NCBI RefSeq assembly: GCF_004010195.1 | Contig: NC_057718.1 | Span: 28,206,061-28,270,060 of the forward strand | DNA length: 64,000 nt | Source of the DNA: Chiloscyllium plagiosum | Lineage: Eukaryota | Reading direction: 5' to 3' | In this document: piece after piece, positions 1 through 11,228 of the stretch | Numbering within the stretch: the first letter of the stretch is position 1 | Layout: every line of letters starts with the position of its first letter | Position numbers and translations under genes: made by a program | Notes under the pieces: generated by a model | Told to the model about the DNA's origin: nothing | Database searches by the model: none | The model's input: only the letters and a program-made list of their open reading frames with translations

Positions 1-201
1 GTTGTAGTGTGAGTGCATGTTGTAGTGTGTGTGCATATTGTGGTTTGTGTGTGTGTTGTACTGTGTGTTGTGTATGTTGGTGTGTGTTTGTGTTGGTATG
101 CATGTTTTATAGTGTGCGTGTGTGCATGCATGTGGGTGTGTGTGTTTTATGTGTGTGTGTGTGCATGTGTGTTAGGCTCTGTGTCTGTGTGTGTGTGTCT
201 G
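1..201. repeat. Degenerate (TG)n microsatellite
   Basis: Nearly continuous TG/GT dinucleotides; accounts for the C/V-rich spurious ORFs. Confidence 0.95.
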
Positions 202-1202
202 TGGAGGATATATTTGCCTCCTGTTGATGAAGTGACATCACACACCTCCCCTCCACCCAACTGCAAAGGCAGCTGCTTCTCCTCACCCTTGGGCAAGGCC
301 TAGTGAATTCAGAAACAAAATTCGAGTGAGACATTTAAACAGGCTGACATTCATTATTAACCACTTTACAGTTCAGGTCAAATTCAACTCCAAAGGTTTG
401 CATAAGACTCATTTCAAATGTGAAAACAAAAATGCATTTCAAATATCAAAAGTCTGCCACAAAAATGCTCAGTTTGTTCAGCAAAAGTTGGCAGTGGCCT
501 GGCTTTATATACACAGGACAAAGCAACATATTTTAATTAAATCAGTCAGCTCTCCATAAAGACGTGATGGGGACCAGGAGACATTGGAGACCAATTTATG
601 CCAGACTTGTTTGCCCTGGAGGTGATTGAATTCCTTCCTTTGTTAAACCACATGCCACATGTCCACCTTCATCCACTTTCACACACTCGCCGTCGGACAA
701 TGTAGGACCAACCTGCTTTTTATTCCTTGGCTCATTAATGCACAGATGGAAATGCCAGCCTACATGCTTCATGCTGATGTTTTTTACAAGGGAGCTCTGT
801 TCTGCCAAATCTACTGCTTTACAAAATTGTTAGCTGATAAACTCCGCTCTTTCTCTATGCTTTGGGACAGTGAAGAGGGCAACAATTATGTCAAGGGAAT
901 CACATTCCTCACCTTTTGATTCCTACACAGCGGCTGCCTGTCCAGAGGGGTGAACCTGATTGACATCAAATAGTCCATTACACTCACAATGCCCAACATA
1001 CCAGCTGCAGCAGGACAAAGGAAAATCAGCTCAGAGGAACAGTGAAGACCATTCAGCCCCTCAAACCCAGCATTCAGTGATGATGACAATGGCTGGTCTC
1101 CATCTCAACTCCCAGTTGTTGCTTCAAATGTGTGGGGGACCTCTACTATTCTCCACTCAATGCAGAAAATAGGCCTCCCTTTCTCAAAGATGTGGGGGAC
1201 AG

Positions 1203-1282
1203 AAAAGAAGGGTTACACCCAAAATATTGACTTCTCCACCTCCTGATGCTGCCTGGCTTTCTGTGTTCTTCCAGCCTCCCAC
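1203..1282 (+). mobile_element. Decayed Penelope-terminal-repeat-like unit with hammerhead remnant
   Basis: GAAGGGTTACACCCAAAATATTGACTTCTCC...GATGCTGCCTGG; stem GGGT-TAC-ACCC at 1210-1220; core mutated. Confidence 0.6.
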
Positions 1283-1614
1283 TTAATTACCCTTGACTAG
1301 CAAGAATCTCTCAAGCTCAAATTTCACATTGTTTAATTTAAAACCAGTACCAAATGTCTTTTCATTTGGGAATAGGGAGCTCTACTTTGTACAAATAAGT
1401 GTTTCTCTCTCTGATGGCCCACTTCTGATTTCAAGGTTGCCATCCCTTGTTTACAAATCTAAAGGGGAAGGAATGTTCCCTGTCGAAAATGTTATTGCTC
1501 CTGATCCTATCCAGGAATTCATCTATGAGTGGAAAATGTAGATTAAAAAGAAACTCACTTGCAGTGAAAGCATTTGACTGAGACGTTAAACCAAGCCCCT
1601 GTCTCCCCTCTTAA

Positions 1615-1865
1615 TTTATAGCTTTAAATTAAGGGGTGGTAGGTATAGGACAGATGTTAGGGGTAGACTCTTTACTCAGCGAGTCGTGAGTTCATGGAAT
1701 GCCCTGCCAGTAGCAGTGGTGGACTCTCCCTCTTTATGGGCATTTAAACAGGCATTGGATAGGCATATGGAGGATAATGGGCTAGTGTAGGTTAGGTGGA
1801 TCGGCGCAACATCGAGGGCCAAAGGGCCTGTACTGCGCTGTATTCTTCTATGTTCTACGTTCTAT
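1615..1865 (+). mobile_element. CR1 LINE 3' end
   Basis: Typical end of ORF2 (FTQRVVSSWNALP frame), GGGCCAAAGGGCCTGTACTGCGCTGT and (TTCTA)n-like tail. Confidence 0.85.
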
Positions 1866-1872
1866 ATCAATG

Positions 1873-2050
1873 TTAAAATTCTCATCCTGGTTTTCACATT
1901 CCTCTTTGGCCTTTCCTCTCCTGATTCTGTAATTTTCTCTAGCCCTGTAACCATACAAGACTCCTGTGCTCCTCCAATTCTGGCCTCTATGCACCCCCAA
2001 TGTTAACTGTTGTGTCTTTCGCAGATGCACCTTCAACTGCCAAGGCCAAT
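1873..2050 (+). mobile_element. L2-like LINE 3' region fragment
   Basis: AAATTCTCATCCTGGTTTTCAC...CTCCTCCAATTCTGGCCTCT resembles the L2-like fragments elsewhere in the window. Confidence 0.55.
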
Positions 2051-2054
2051 GTAG

Positions 2055-2545
2055 AGTCATAGAGTCATAGAGGCCTACAGCAAGAAAACAGGCTTTCGGT
2101 CTAACTTGCCCATGTTGACCAGTTTTCACAATTTAAACTAATCCCATTTGCCTGAGTTTTATCTATATCCTTCCATAATTATTCCATCCAAGTACCTGTC
2201 TAAATGTTTCTTAAATGATGAAATTGTACTTGTTTCTATCACTACCTCTGGCAGCCTGTTCCAGATACTCACCACCCTTTGTGCGAAAACGTTGCGTCTC
2301 TGGACCCTTTTGTATCTCTCCCCTCTCACGTTAACCTATGCCCTATAGTTTTAGACACCCCTATCATGGAGAAAAACTGTCCGCTATCTACCTTATCCAT
2401 GCCTCTTATGATTTTATAGATCTCTAAAAGGTCAGCCCTCAGTCTCCTACACTCCAGGGAAAACAGTCCCAGCCTATCCAATCTCTCCTTATAACACCAG
2501 TCCAGGTAACATCCTAGTGAACGTTTTCTGCACTCTTTCTAGTTT
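2055..2545 (-). mobile_element. CR1 LINE 3' fragment
   Basis: AGAGTCATAGAGTCATAG tail; similar to 34127-34630. Confidence 0.85.
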
Positions 2546-3128
2546 AATAACAATAGAATAGAGCAATAATAGAATGTTAATTACACCCATAATGTTGTGT
2601 TTAGTGGCTTTAGTGTTAAAATACAATCTGTGCAGAATCATAATAATTTTCCGTTAAAATGCCAGTATTGAAGGGATTGGTTTTGAGATAACCAAATGCT
2701 GATAATTTTTAAGGTATGAAGATGACTGGTTGCTGTCAGTAAAATCCTCCAGAGTTTGATAAATCAGAATGAATATTCTGGCCAAGATCAGCACCATGGC
2801 AGTAGTGGTGTCTGTTAAAAACATATCACTTGAAGGAACTGCAAAAACTATGCTCTTTTAATCTTTGAAAAAGGCTTCATTGCCTCTGAGGCAACTCCTG
2901 CTGCAGCTTGCCCATCCATCATTCCCTATTTAAACTCACTTCATGTGAATTTAGATGCATGAGTTTCATTTCAAGTAACTGGAATAGCAATAAATAGACA
3001 AGTGCAATCAAAACATCAGCACTTCAACAAAATCTATCTGTTCATAGATGAGAGAAGGGTCGACAGCACTCACAGTACTTCACCTCAAAAAAGAATTATG
3101 GGCTTCAGCATAATAGTAAACATACGCT

Positions 3129-3319
3129 AAAAAAACAGAAGTTGCTAGAAAAGCTCAGCAAGTCTGGTAGCATCTGTGAAGAGAAGTCAAAGTTAACGTT
3201 TTGGGTCCAGTGACCCTTCCCTTTGATTTCTCTTCACAGATGCTGCCAGACCAGCTGAGCTTTTACAGTAACTTCTGTTTTTGATTCTGATTTACAGTAT
3301 CCACAGTTCTTTCGGTTTT
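3129..3319. mobile_element. Fold-back Penelope-like/hammerhead unit (family B) with 15-bp TSD
   Basis: Inverted arms AAACAGAAGTTGCTAGAAAAGCTCAGC.../...GCTGAGCTTTTACAGTAACTTCTGTTT; TSD TAGTAAACATA(C/T)GCT at 3114-3128 and 3320-3334. Confidence 0.8.
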
Positions 3320-3909
3320 TAGTAAACATATGCTGATAGGTTTGATATATTATGTGTGTATTTCATTCTCTTAAATGTAATTCAAATTGATTTTCATTAT
3401 GTTATTAAAGGAACCTGATTCCCGGGCAATCATCAATTATTGCCACATAATTGTAGCATGTTAAAGGCAATTGATACAAAATCAGTTAGGTTGCATTTGA
3501 AGGTGGTTGAAGTGTTGTCCCCAAGGATGTAATTATCCTTCTATATTATGCAACAGTTGCAGAAAACTGAAAGTGTAGTTATGACCAGTTATCTTTTAGC
3601 AAAACTGCTTAAGTTTACCTTTTTTAAAAAAGATTGTTAGAAAAAACAGTTATGAAATGACTCCAGGCTCCAACAGAATTGGATTGTCGGACGGCATTTA
3701 ACCTGTGAATGAATTTTTAAAAATCTGTTTAATTAATCACCCTTTTGCTTAATAACTTTTAACAATAATTCTGTTATAAATTAAACTTTAATCTTAGTTT
3801 AAAACAAAAGCTTTGCTGCTTGTTATTTTTGAATTGGAACACTATAAAACAACACTAAAAGAAGGCTAAACAAGTTTGATAAATACACAATTCACTGACC
3901 ACATTGGTG

Positions 3910-4432
3910 AACAAACGAAAGAACAACGAACAATACAGGAACATGTGGCCTTCCAGGCTTGTGCTGACACATTTTTCCCTTCCATAATAAAGCTGTCTTC
4001 GCTCTATAATCTCTCTATTCACTTCCTACTCATGTATTCATCCAGGTGCTTCTTGAATGCAGCTATTGTGTCTGCTTCCACCATCTCCTCTGGCAGTGTA
4101 TTCCACACACTCACCACCCTTTGTGTAAAAAGGGTGCATCTCTTTTAAACTTTACCCCCTGCACCTTGAACCTGTGTTCCCTAGTAATTGACCCCTCCAC
4201 CCTGGGAAAAAGCCTCATCCTTTCCACTCGATCCGTACCTTTCACAATGTGATAAACTTCTATCAGGTCGCCCGTCAACCTCCTGCGTTCCAGTGAAAAC
4301 AAACCCAGCCTATCCAACATTTCTTCATAACTAAAATCTACCATATCAGGCAACATCCTGGTAAACCTTCCCTATACCCTGTCTATCACATCCACATCCT
4401 TCTGGTAGTGTGGTGACCAGAGCTGTACACGC
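3910..4432 (-). mobile_element. CR1 LINE 3' fragment
   Basis: ORF 4111-4356: LDRLGLFSLERRRLTGDLIEVY, the CR1 ORF2 C-terminal motif. Confidence 0.9.
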
Positions 4433-5191
4433 TGTACAATTGGCTGACAGCCTACTTTCTTCCTCAGGTGAAGTCTTATCCTGAGCTGATTGAGTGTAGA
4501 ATGGGGCAAACTGTCATTTTAGTCCGGAAAGCAGAGGGTTGGAGATGGGAGGTAAGGAACATGGCATCTGTAAAATCCAGTCCAAACTTTGACATCTGTG
4601 ACCTAAACATGCTTGCCTTGAAAACGCAGCTCGGTTTCCCTCTCCACAATGCTCCTGAGCGTTTTCAGCATTCCCTGTTTTATTTCAGATGTCCAACATC
4701 TTGTACTTTGAACACATGAAGGGAATATTGTAGAGAGATGCAGTTTTGTAGCTTTGTACGTAAATATGTGGAAGGTGGGTTTGCTGGCTTTAACAGTTGG
4801 TATCAAGTGGAGGGAATTTCTACTCATCTCATTGGCCAATGTTCTTGCTTTTAAAGGAGCAAAATACTTAAGGGAGATATGAGTTCGACCGCCTTAGAAA
4901 ACTACTTTGTTTGGTGGTAGGACTATTGATTAATTTAACCTTAATTATACGTGGGACACGGTGTAACCACAATCATTCATCCAATTAATGGACATAATTA
5001 ATATATTTTCACCACTACAAATTATCACAAACATATCAATAAAATTAATTAGAAAATATATTGAATTTCATTTGGTAATCAAATCTGAATTTCATGGCTT
5101 AATTAAGTTCAGGTTAATTATATTCAATGCTTTTACACTGACAAATAAATATGCATTAAAAAACTATTAAATTCAATTTATTAGCATAGTT

Positions 5192-5795
5192 ATAGAGTCA
5201 TAGTCATACAGATGTACAGCTTGGAAACAGGCCCTTCTGTCCAACTCATCGATGCGGACCAGATATTCTAACCTAATCAAGTCCCATTTGCTAACACCTG
5301 GCCTATATCCCTCCAAACCCTTCCTATTCACATACCATCCAGATGCCTTTTAAATGTTGTAATTGTACCAGCCTGCACCACTTCCTCCGGCAGCTCATCC
5401 ATACATCCTCTGCATGAAAACATTGCTCCTTAGGTCCCTTTAAATCTTTCCTTTCTCACCCTAACCCAATGTCCTCTAATTTTGGACTTCCCCTCCCCAG
5501 GGAAAAGACTATTTACCCTATCCATGCCTGTCATGATTTTTATAAACATCTATAATGTCACCCCCTCAGCCTCTGACGCTCAAGGGAAAATAGCCCCAGC
5601 CTATTCAGCCTTTCGCTATAACTCAAACCCTCCAACACAGGCAACATTCTCATAAATCTTCTCTGAACCCTTTCAAGTTTCACAACATCCTTCCTATAAC
5701 AGCAGGACCTGAATTGTATGCAGTATTCTAAATGTGGCCCAACCAATGTCCTGTACAATCACAACATGACCTCCCAACTCCTATACTTAATGCAA
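5192..5795 (-). mobile_element. CR1 LINE 3' fragment
   Basis: ORF 5558-5758 YRTLVGPHLEYCIQF...LERVQRRF...LGLFSLERQRLRG. Confidence 0.9.
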
Positions 5796-6075
5796 CCAAA
5801 ATATGATGTTACTTATAGATATTTCTAGTGAAGATAGGAACAGGAGTAGGCTATTCTGCTCCTCAAACATTTTGCATCCTTTAGTTAGTTTGTGGATGAT
5901 ACTTATCCTAACAATTTACCTGCCTCAATTCTGTAAACCTGAATCCCCTTTTAGAACAAATACCTTACAATCTCAGTTCCGAAATTTCAATTGACCTAGC
6001 TTTGACAGATTTTTGGGCTCAGAGTTCCTGATTTTCATTTTTTGAAGATGTCCTTCCTGACATCATTCCTATGGG

Positions 6076-6950
6076 ACAATGTGGAGGAAAAAATGAAGTT
6101 GTGTAGTTTGGCAGGAATATTAGAAAAGCAGATGATTATTTAAGTGGAGAGAGATTTCAAGATGCTGCAGTACGTGGGATTTGGGTGTCCTTGTACTTGA
6201 ATCACAAGTAGCCAGCACACGGATACAGGAAGGCAAAAGAAATGATGCCGTTTATTGCAAAGGGAATGAAGTAATATGTATAAAAATGAGGTAGCATTTA
6301 GATTGCTGTAGAGCACTTGGTTGCCTTATTCGAGGAGGGTTATACGCGTTTAAAATAATTAAGTGTAAGTGCACCAGGCTGAGTCCTGGGATGAAGGGGT
6401 TACTTTATCACAGAATCACTGAATTATTACAGAGAAAGGTCATTGGACCCATTGTGTCTCCGCCCACAGAACAGGTTAGGTCAATACTCACTTAGAAAAA
6501 TGGCAGGTGTTTTTTTTTGTATCTATGCATACTATTTGGGCATTACTGGCTAGGTCAGTTTTACAGCCCATCCCTATTGCCTTTGAGAAGGTCAAGGACC
6601 TTGAAACATAATGATTCTGATGGGGCTTGAGAGGGTGGATGCTTGGAGTGTGTTTCCTTTCATGGGAAACCTGTGGGACATCATTTGAAAATAAGGATCT
6701 CTCATTTAAGGCAGTGATGAGGAGGAATTTCTTCATTCAGGGGTGGTTTGACTCTGGAATTCTATTCCCAGTGAACAGTGGATGCTGAGTTAGACAGATT
6801 TTTGAATAATAAGGTAGTTAAGGATAATGGAGGACAGAAAGGAAAATGGGGTTAAGCCACAATGAAAGCAGCTGTGAACTTATTGAATAGTGGAGCAGAC
6901 TCGATAGATCAAAAGTCAGCATTCTCCTGATCCTATTTCTTATGATCTTA
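6076..6950 (+). mobile_element. Old degenerate CR1 3' portion
   Basis: Decayed RT C-terminal sequence and 3' UTR (TTGAATAGTGGAGCAGACTCGA...TCCTATTTCTTATGATCTTAT); a small opposite-strand CR1 end lies at about 5812-6072. Confidence 0.7.
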
Positions 6951-8699
6951 TAATCCTAAAATTTTTCTACTGGTTTCAGATAGTCACCATTTAGGAAACA
7001 CGATGACTTTTGACTTTGTGTGAAAATCCCAGAACTCCCTTCCGTAATAGTACTGTGGATGTACCTGCACCCAATGACTACAATGGTTCAAGAAGGCTGC
7101 TCACCATCACCTTCTCAGATAGGGATGGGCATCAAATGCTGGCCTCCAAAGAACATCCACGAGAAAAAGCATATTTCCAGCTCTAAAGTTGCAATCTCCG
7201 TATGTCCCTACATTTAACTCCAATGACTATGGCCTCACCCACTCGCTAATGGAGGATGAAAACTTAACTTATTCTTTGACTGATATCACAACTATCTCTT
7301 CTGGCAACAGAATCACAAAGAGCATCCTAAATGACCAAGGCTCAGTTTTATATTCATTTTTATTGTGCAATCCCTTTCTCATCCTAAAAGATAAGATTTC
7401 TTTTCTCCATGATGTGCAGCTTGCAGAGATAAAATCTCCTTTATCAATATTGAGTATTTCAAATCCTCTGCATACTTCTCAATCGCCTTTTTGCTGATTT
7501 CAGTCATCAGCTGTGCAAAGCAAAGGGCAAGTCAAGTCCTTTTAGTTCTTGCCTACAAGCCTTGCTAAGTACTCTTTCTTAGTAATGTGTGCAACATGGA
7601 CATAACATTCCTGCAGGGATGTTTCCTTAGCGGTAGAACAGCAGAGAGGACCGCAACTTCATGTTATGTGACAGACTGGGTGCACACCTACACCTAAAGA
7701 TGGAGTAATTCCCAAGGGTAGTTGATGCTTGCAAGGATAATGTGATAGTAACCATACCATTACAATGCTGTTCTGAAGCTCTGAGGCTGGGAATGCTCAG
7801 GGGGATACTCTTGGATTTTGGTTCCAAAAGGGAAGCTGAAAGTTCAGGCCCTGGTTGTTTTGTCTGAGTCAATGGTTCAGTGGATAAATAAGTGTACTGC
7901 CTGGGTCTGGATTTGAATGGTATGGGAGCAGACAGATCCCAGGTTTATTCCTACTCAGCATTGGAAATAACATAGGCAGCAATCTACTTGGGCTTTGTGT
8001 TTGCTGACTATGATATCATAAAATGTGAGAATGCCAGTTAAAATCTTGTCCACCTCCAACAACATGAGGCCAGGGTGACTTTAACCATTGCATCTCTGAA
8101 TGGCAGGATATGGATGGGAAGTCTATAACTAGTCTTATGAAAATTGAGAGGTTCCTGGCCAGTTGCTAGCTTGTAGTTCTATGTGAGAAAGGGCAATTCA
8201 GAAGCATATCCAGTACACTCTGCCGTACAATCGAAACTGAAAATCTCACCCAACAGTGTCTCACAAATCTCAATAGTCTTCTGGATTCTGCAGATGGATT
8301 CATCTGGGATTTTTGAAGAGAGTTGGATCAATGTCTGAAGAGAAAAACATTGCTGAGCCATGGGGTAATAGCAGGGCAGTTGGATTTGCTGAGTTGCTTG
8401 TGTAGGCATAGCTATCAGAGATACGGTGGGCCATATTGCCTGTTTCAGTGTTGTAATCTTTCTATGATTCTGACTTTCTTCAGTCATTCCAGGGGGAAAA
8501 GTCTATTAAAGAACAGTAATAATTTGAAATGGACATGTTGTATGTATAAGATGAGTCAGACCAGAATGTCTCAATTGTAGATTTATTGGCTTTTCCAATG
8601 TCTATTTGTCCACTCAGGCCTGAGTCAAAATCAGTGTATGATTCATATCACGCCATTTCAACATGAGGCATGCCCCTTTGGTACCTCCTCAAATGGGTA

Positions 8700-8952
8700 T
8701 TTGTTTTATTTGGTTCTGGAATGTGGGCATTGTTGTCTAAACTAACATTTATTGCCCATCCCTCAATGCCAAGAGGGCAGCTAAGGGTCAACCACCTTGC
8801 TGTGGTCTCAAGTCACATGATGACCAGAGAAGGATGGCAGATTTCTTTCGGTAAAGGGCAGAAATGAATCAGATTTGTTCATAAGACAATCAATAAAAGT
8901 CAGTTTCGGGATTACTATTACAGTGATAATACCACTACACCACTACCTTCCC
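8700..8952 (-). mobile_element. tRNA-headed shark SINE (SacSINE1/DeuSINE-like), internally deleted
   Basis: Minus-strand head GGTAGTGGTGTAGTGGTATTATCACTG (A-box-like); body GGGCAGCTAAGGGTCAACCACCTTGCTGTGG; tail GGGATGGGCAATAAATG also seen in LINE ends at about 7120 and 15435. Confidence 0.6.
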
Positions 8953-9999
8953 CAGATTAAAACTGGGCAAGGCAGGATACTGGAGACATTTCAGAGATGA
9001 TTAGCCATTATTCCTGTAATTACCCCACCCGCTCAGTCTCACTGGTAAATATGATAAAACCTCCACTCAAAACTGTGACTTGGGTACAATATTCACAAAA
9101 AAGCATATTAGAGAGGAAGATAAGGGTTGATTGGGCGGGGGACGGGGAGGGGGGGATTGATGTTGGGAAGCCGGTCTCCTTATGGAACGGCAGAACCTGA
9201 TCACCTTAATTTCTACTCTGTTGTCCTCCTGCATCCAGCTGGATTGATTGGCCAATGGGTATGTAAACCTTTGGCACAAAGCCACAGGCAGGAAGCAGAG
9301 AGAGAAAAATCAAGGCAAGGTAGCAGGGAGGGCATTGATTGAGAAGGTCAGAGAGCTCAGGGGTTAGAGATGAAATATTAATGGGAGGGGAGGGGGCAGT
9401 ACAATCATGGCCAGGGCTAGCACTAATGGGAAGATGGAGGGTTTAGGGATTGGGAGGAAGAACACTGGGGAAGGGACTCAGATAGGTAGAGGAGGGGAGA
9501 AGATTGTGACTGAGGTCAGGGAGTGATTATGGCCAGCAAGAGGATTATTGGGCCTTTGGTGGGACTGGGAGGAAGTTGCAAGCTGATGATGATATTGGGA
9601 AGCCATGGGGAGGGGCTGTTGGTAGGATACCCAATCACTAAGGAAGCTAACACAGGGGCTTGGGTGGGGTAGATGGGGGAGCAATCCTGCTCTTTCTGAC
9701 CCACATACAATGCAGGCAAGGTGATCCATGTGGCAGTCTTCCACTCCCTCTCAAGACCTGGGTAACACAAGTGGAGGTGGAATTAAAAAGATTATTCTGA
9801 GGCACGCAGTTTCATTCATATTGAATTACCCATCTCTTGGGCATGTGGACTGCAGTGGTTAAGAGGCAGCTTAGGGAATCCAAGATGGCGGCATCCTGTT
9901 TGGATTGCGTTTGCTGAGCTCCGCACTGCAACACCCACTAGAACCCATCCCATACACCTTACTGTGAGTAAAAACACAGTCAAGGAGCTAGAAACCTGA

Positions 10000-10690
10000 A
10001 AAAATTGATTGATCTTGTCCTTGCAACTGGAGAAAACTGAAAAATGGAAGAGGCTTGCCTAGGGCCTGGGCCATGGCTCAGCCCTCTGAATCTGCAGGCA
10101 TGTTTACTCACCAGACCCTGGATGAGGAGTTGGCCAAATCTCACGAGGTCCTGGGGAAGCAGATCTGGGAAAAAATCAAGGACAAGCTGGATCCTGTATC
10201 TGCTATGCTGCAAGACCTGGGAAAAAGGACTGATGAGCTGGAGCGCCGGGCTGCAGGGGTAGAGGCAGAGACTGACTCCTCCTAGAGCCGGATTGTAGCC
10301 CTGGAAACACAGCTCCCTGGTCTGAGGGAAGGATAACAATTGAAAGAGTCCACTGGATCGTGGCATGAAAACCAGGTGTGGATCAGTGCCCACGCCCTGT
10401 CCTGATAAGGTTCCATCATTATAAAGCAGAGGGTCATGGAAACCTCTAGAGCCCAGGGGAGGGATTTGAGGGTGTTGGTATGTGACGGCTCCAGGGTCAT
10501 GGTTTTTCAAGACTTCTCAGTGGCAGCGGTCCAGAAAAGGAACTCCTACAATGGCACAAATGAGGAGATTGAGAGGGCTTGGGATCCAGTATTCTTTAAG
10601 ATATCCAGCGGTGCTTTGTATCAAGCATAATGGATCCATACATTTGTTCAACTCGCCAGAGAAAGTGAAGAATTCTGTGACTTGTTGACT
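10000..10690 (+). pseudogene. L1-type ORF1 (RNA-binding/chaperone), disrupted and apparently internally deleted
   Basis: Coiled-coil-like MLQDLGKRTDELERR, then RVMVFQDFS and LGIQYSLRYPAVLCIKHNGSIHLFNSPE, resembling the L1 ORF1 C-terminus. Confidence 0.75.
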
Positions 10691-11228
10691 TAAGTCGAAT
10701 GGCCGAATAGGCATAGAGGACAGAGCTGTTCGGGTTTGTCTCTTCTTTAAAAAGGATTTGGTGGAGTCTTCTTTCTGGTAGTAAGTTGCATGAAATCACT
10801 TCTGGGGTGGGTAAAGTATTTATTTTTCATCTCTAAGTTATGTTAAGGGATGGGTGACATATTTATTTTTAGTTTACTTGTCTATAGTACTAACCTTGCT
10901 CTTGATGTGTTTTGTTTTCTCTACCAGGTGGTCGGTATATGCGACGCAACCCTAGCTGGTAGGAGTTGAGAGGGCAACTGGGATGGTTAGTAGTGTTGTA
11001 GGATAATTAGGTACCCCCCTTTGAATGAGGAGGTAAATTCCTCCAATCAGTGCCTTTGGCGATTTTTGTTTTTCTGTTTTAACTGTATATAGTTCTTGTA
11101 AATTTGTCAGTTGTACTTAGTTCAATCTGTGTAGGTTTTAGAATTTTGTGGATTCTTTTGCATTAAAGCTCAGTGATTTGAAGTTCAGGTTCTTTCTCTC
11201 TGAAATCTAAATGGTGCAAGAGAAGGTT

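Noticed and set aside
9..334. Cys/Val- and His/Thr-rich ORFs
   Set aside because: Translation of a (TG)n microsatellite.
886..1089. Weak Harbinger transposase-like peptide (AAAGMLGIVSVMD)
   Set aside because: Similarity too faint to call by eye.
9980..10510. 176-aa minus-strand ORF
   Set aside because: Antisense to L1 ORF1, with no independent support.
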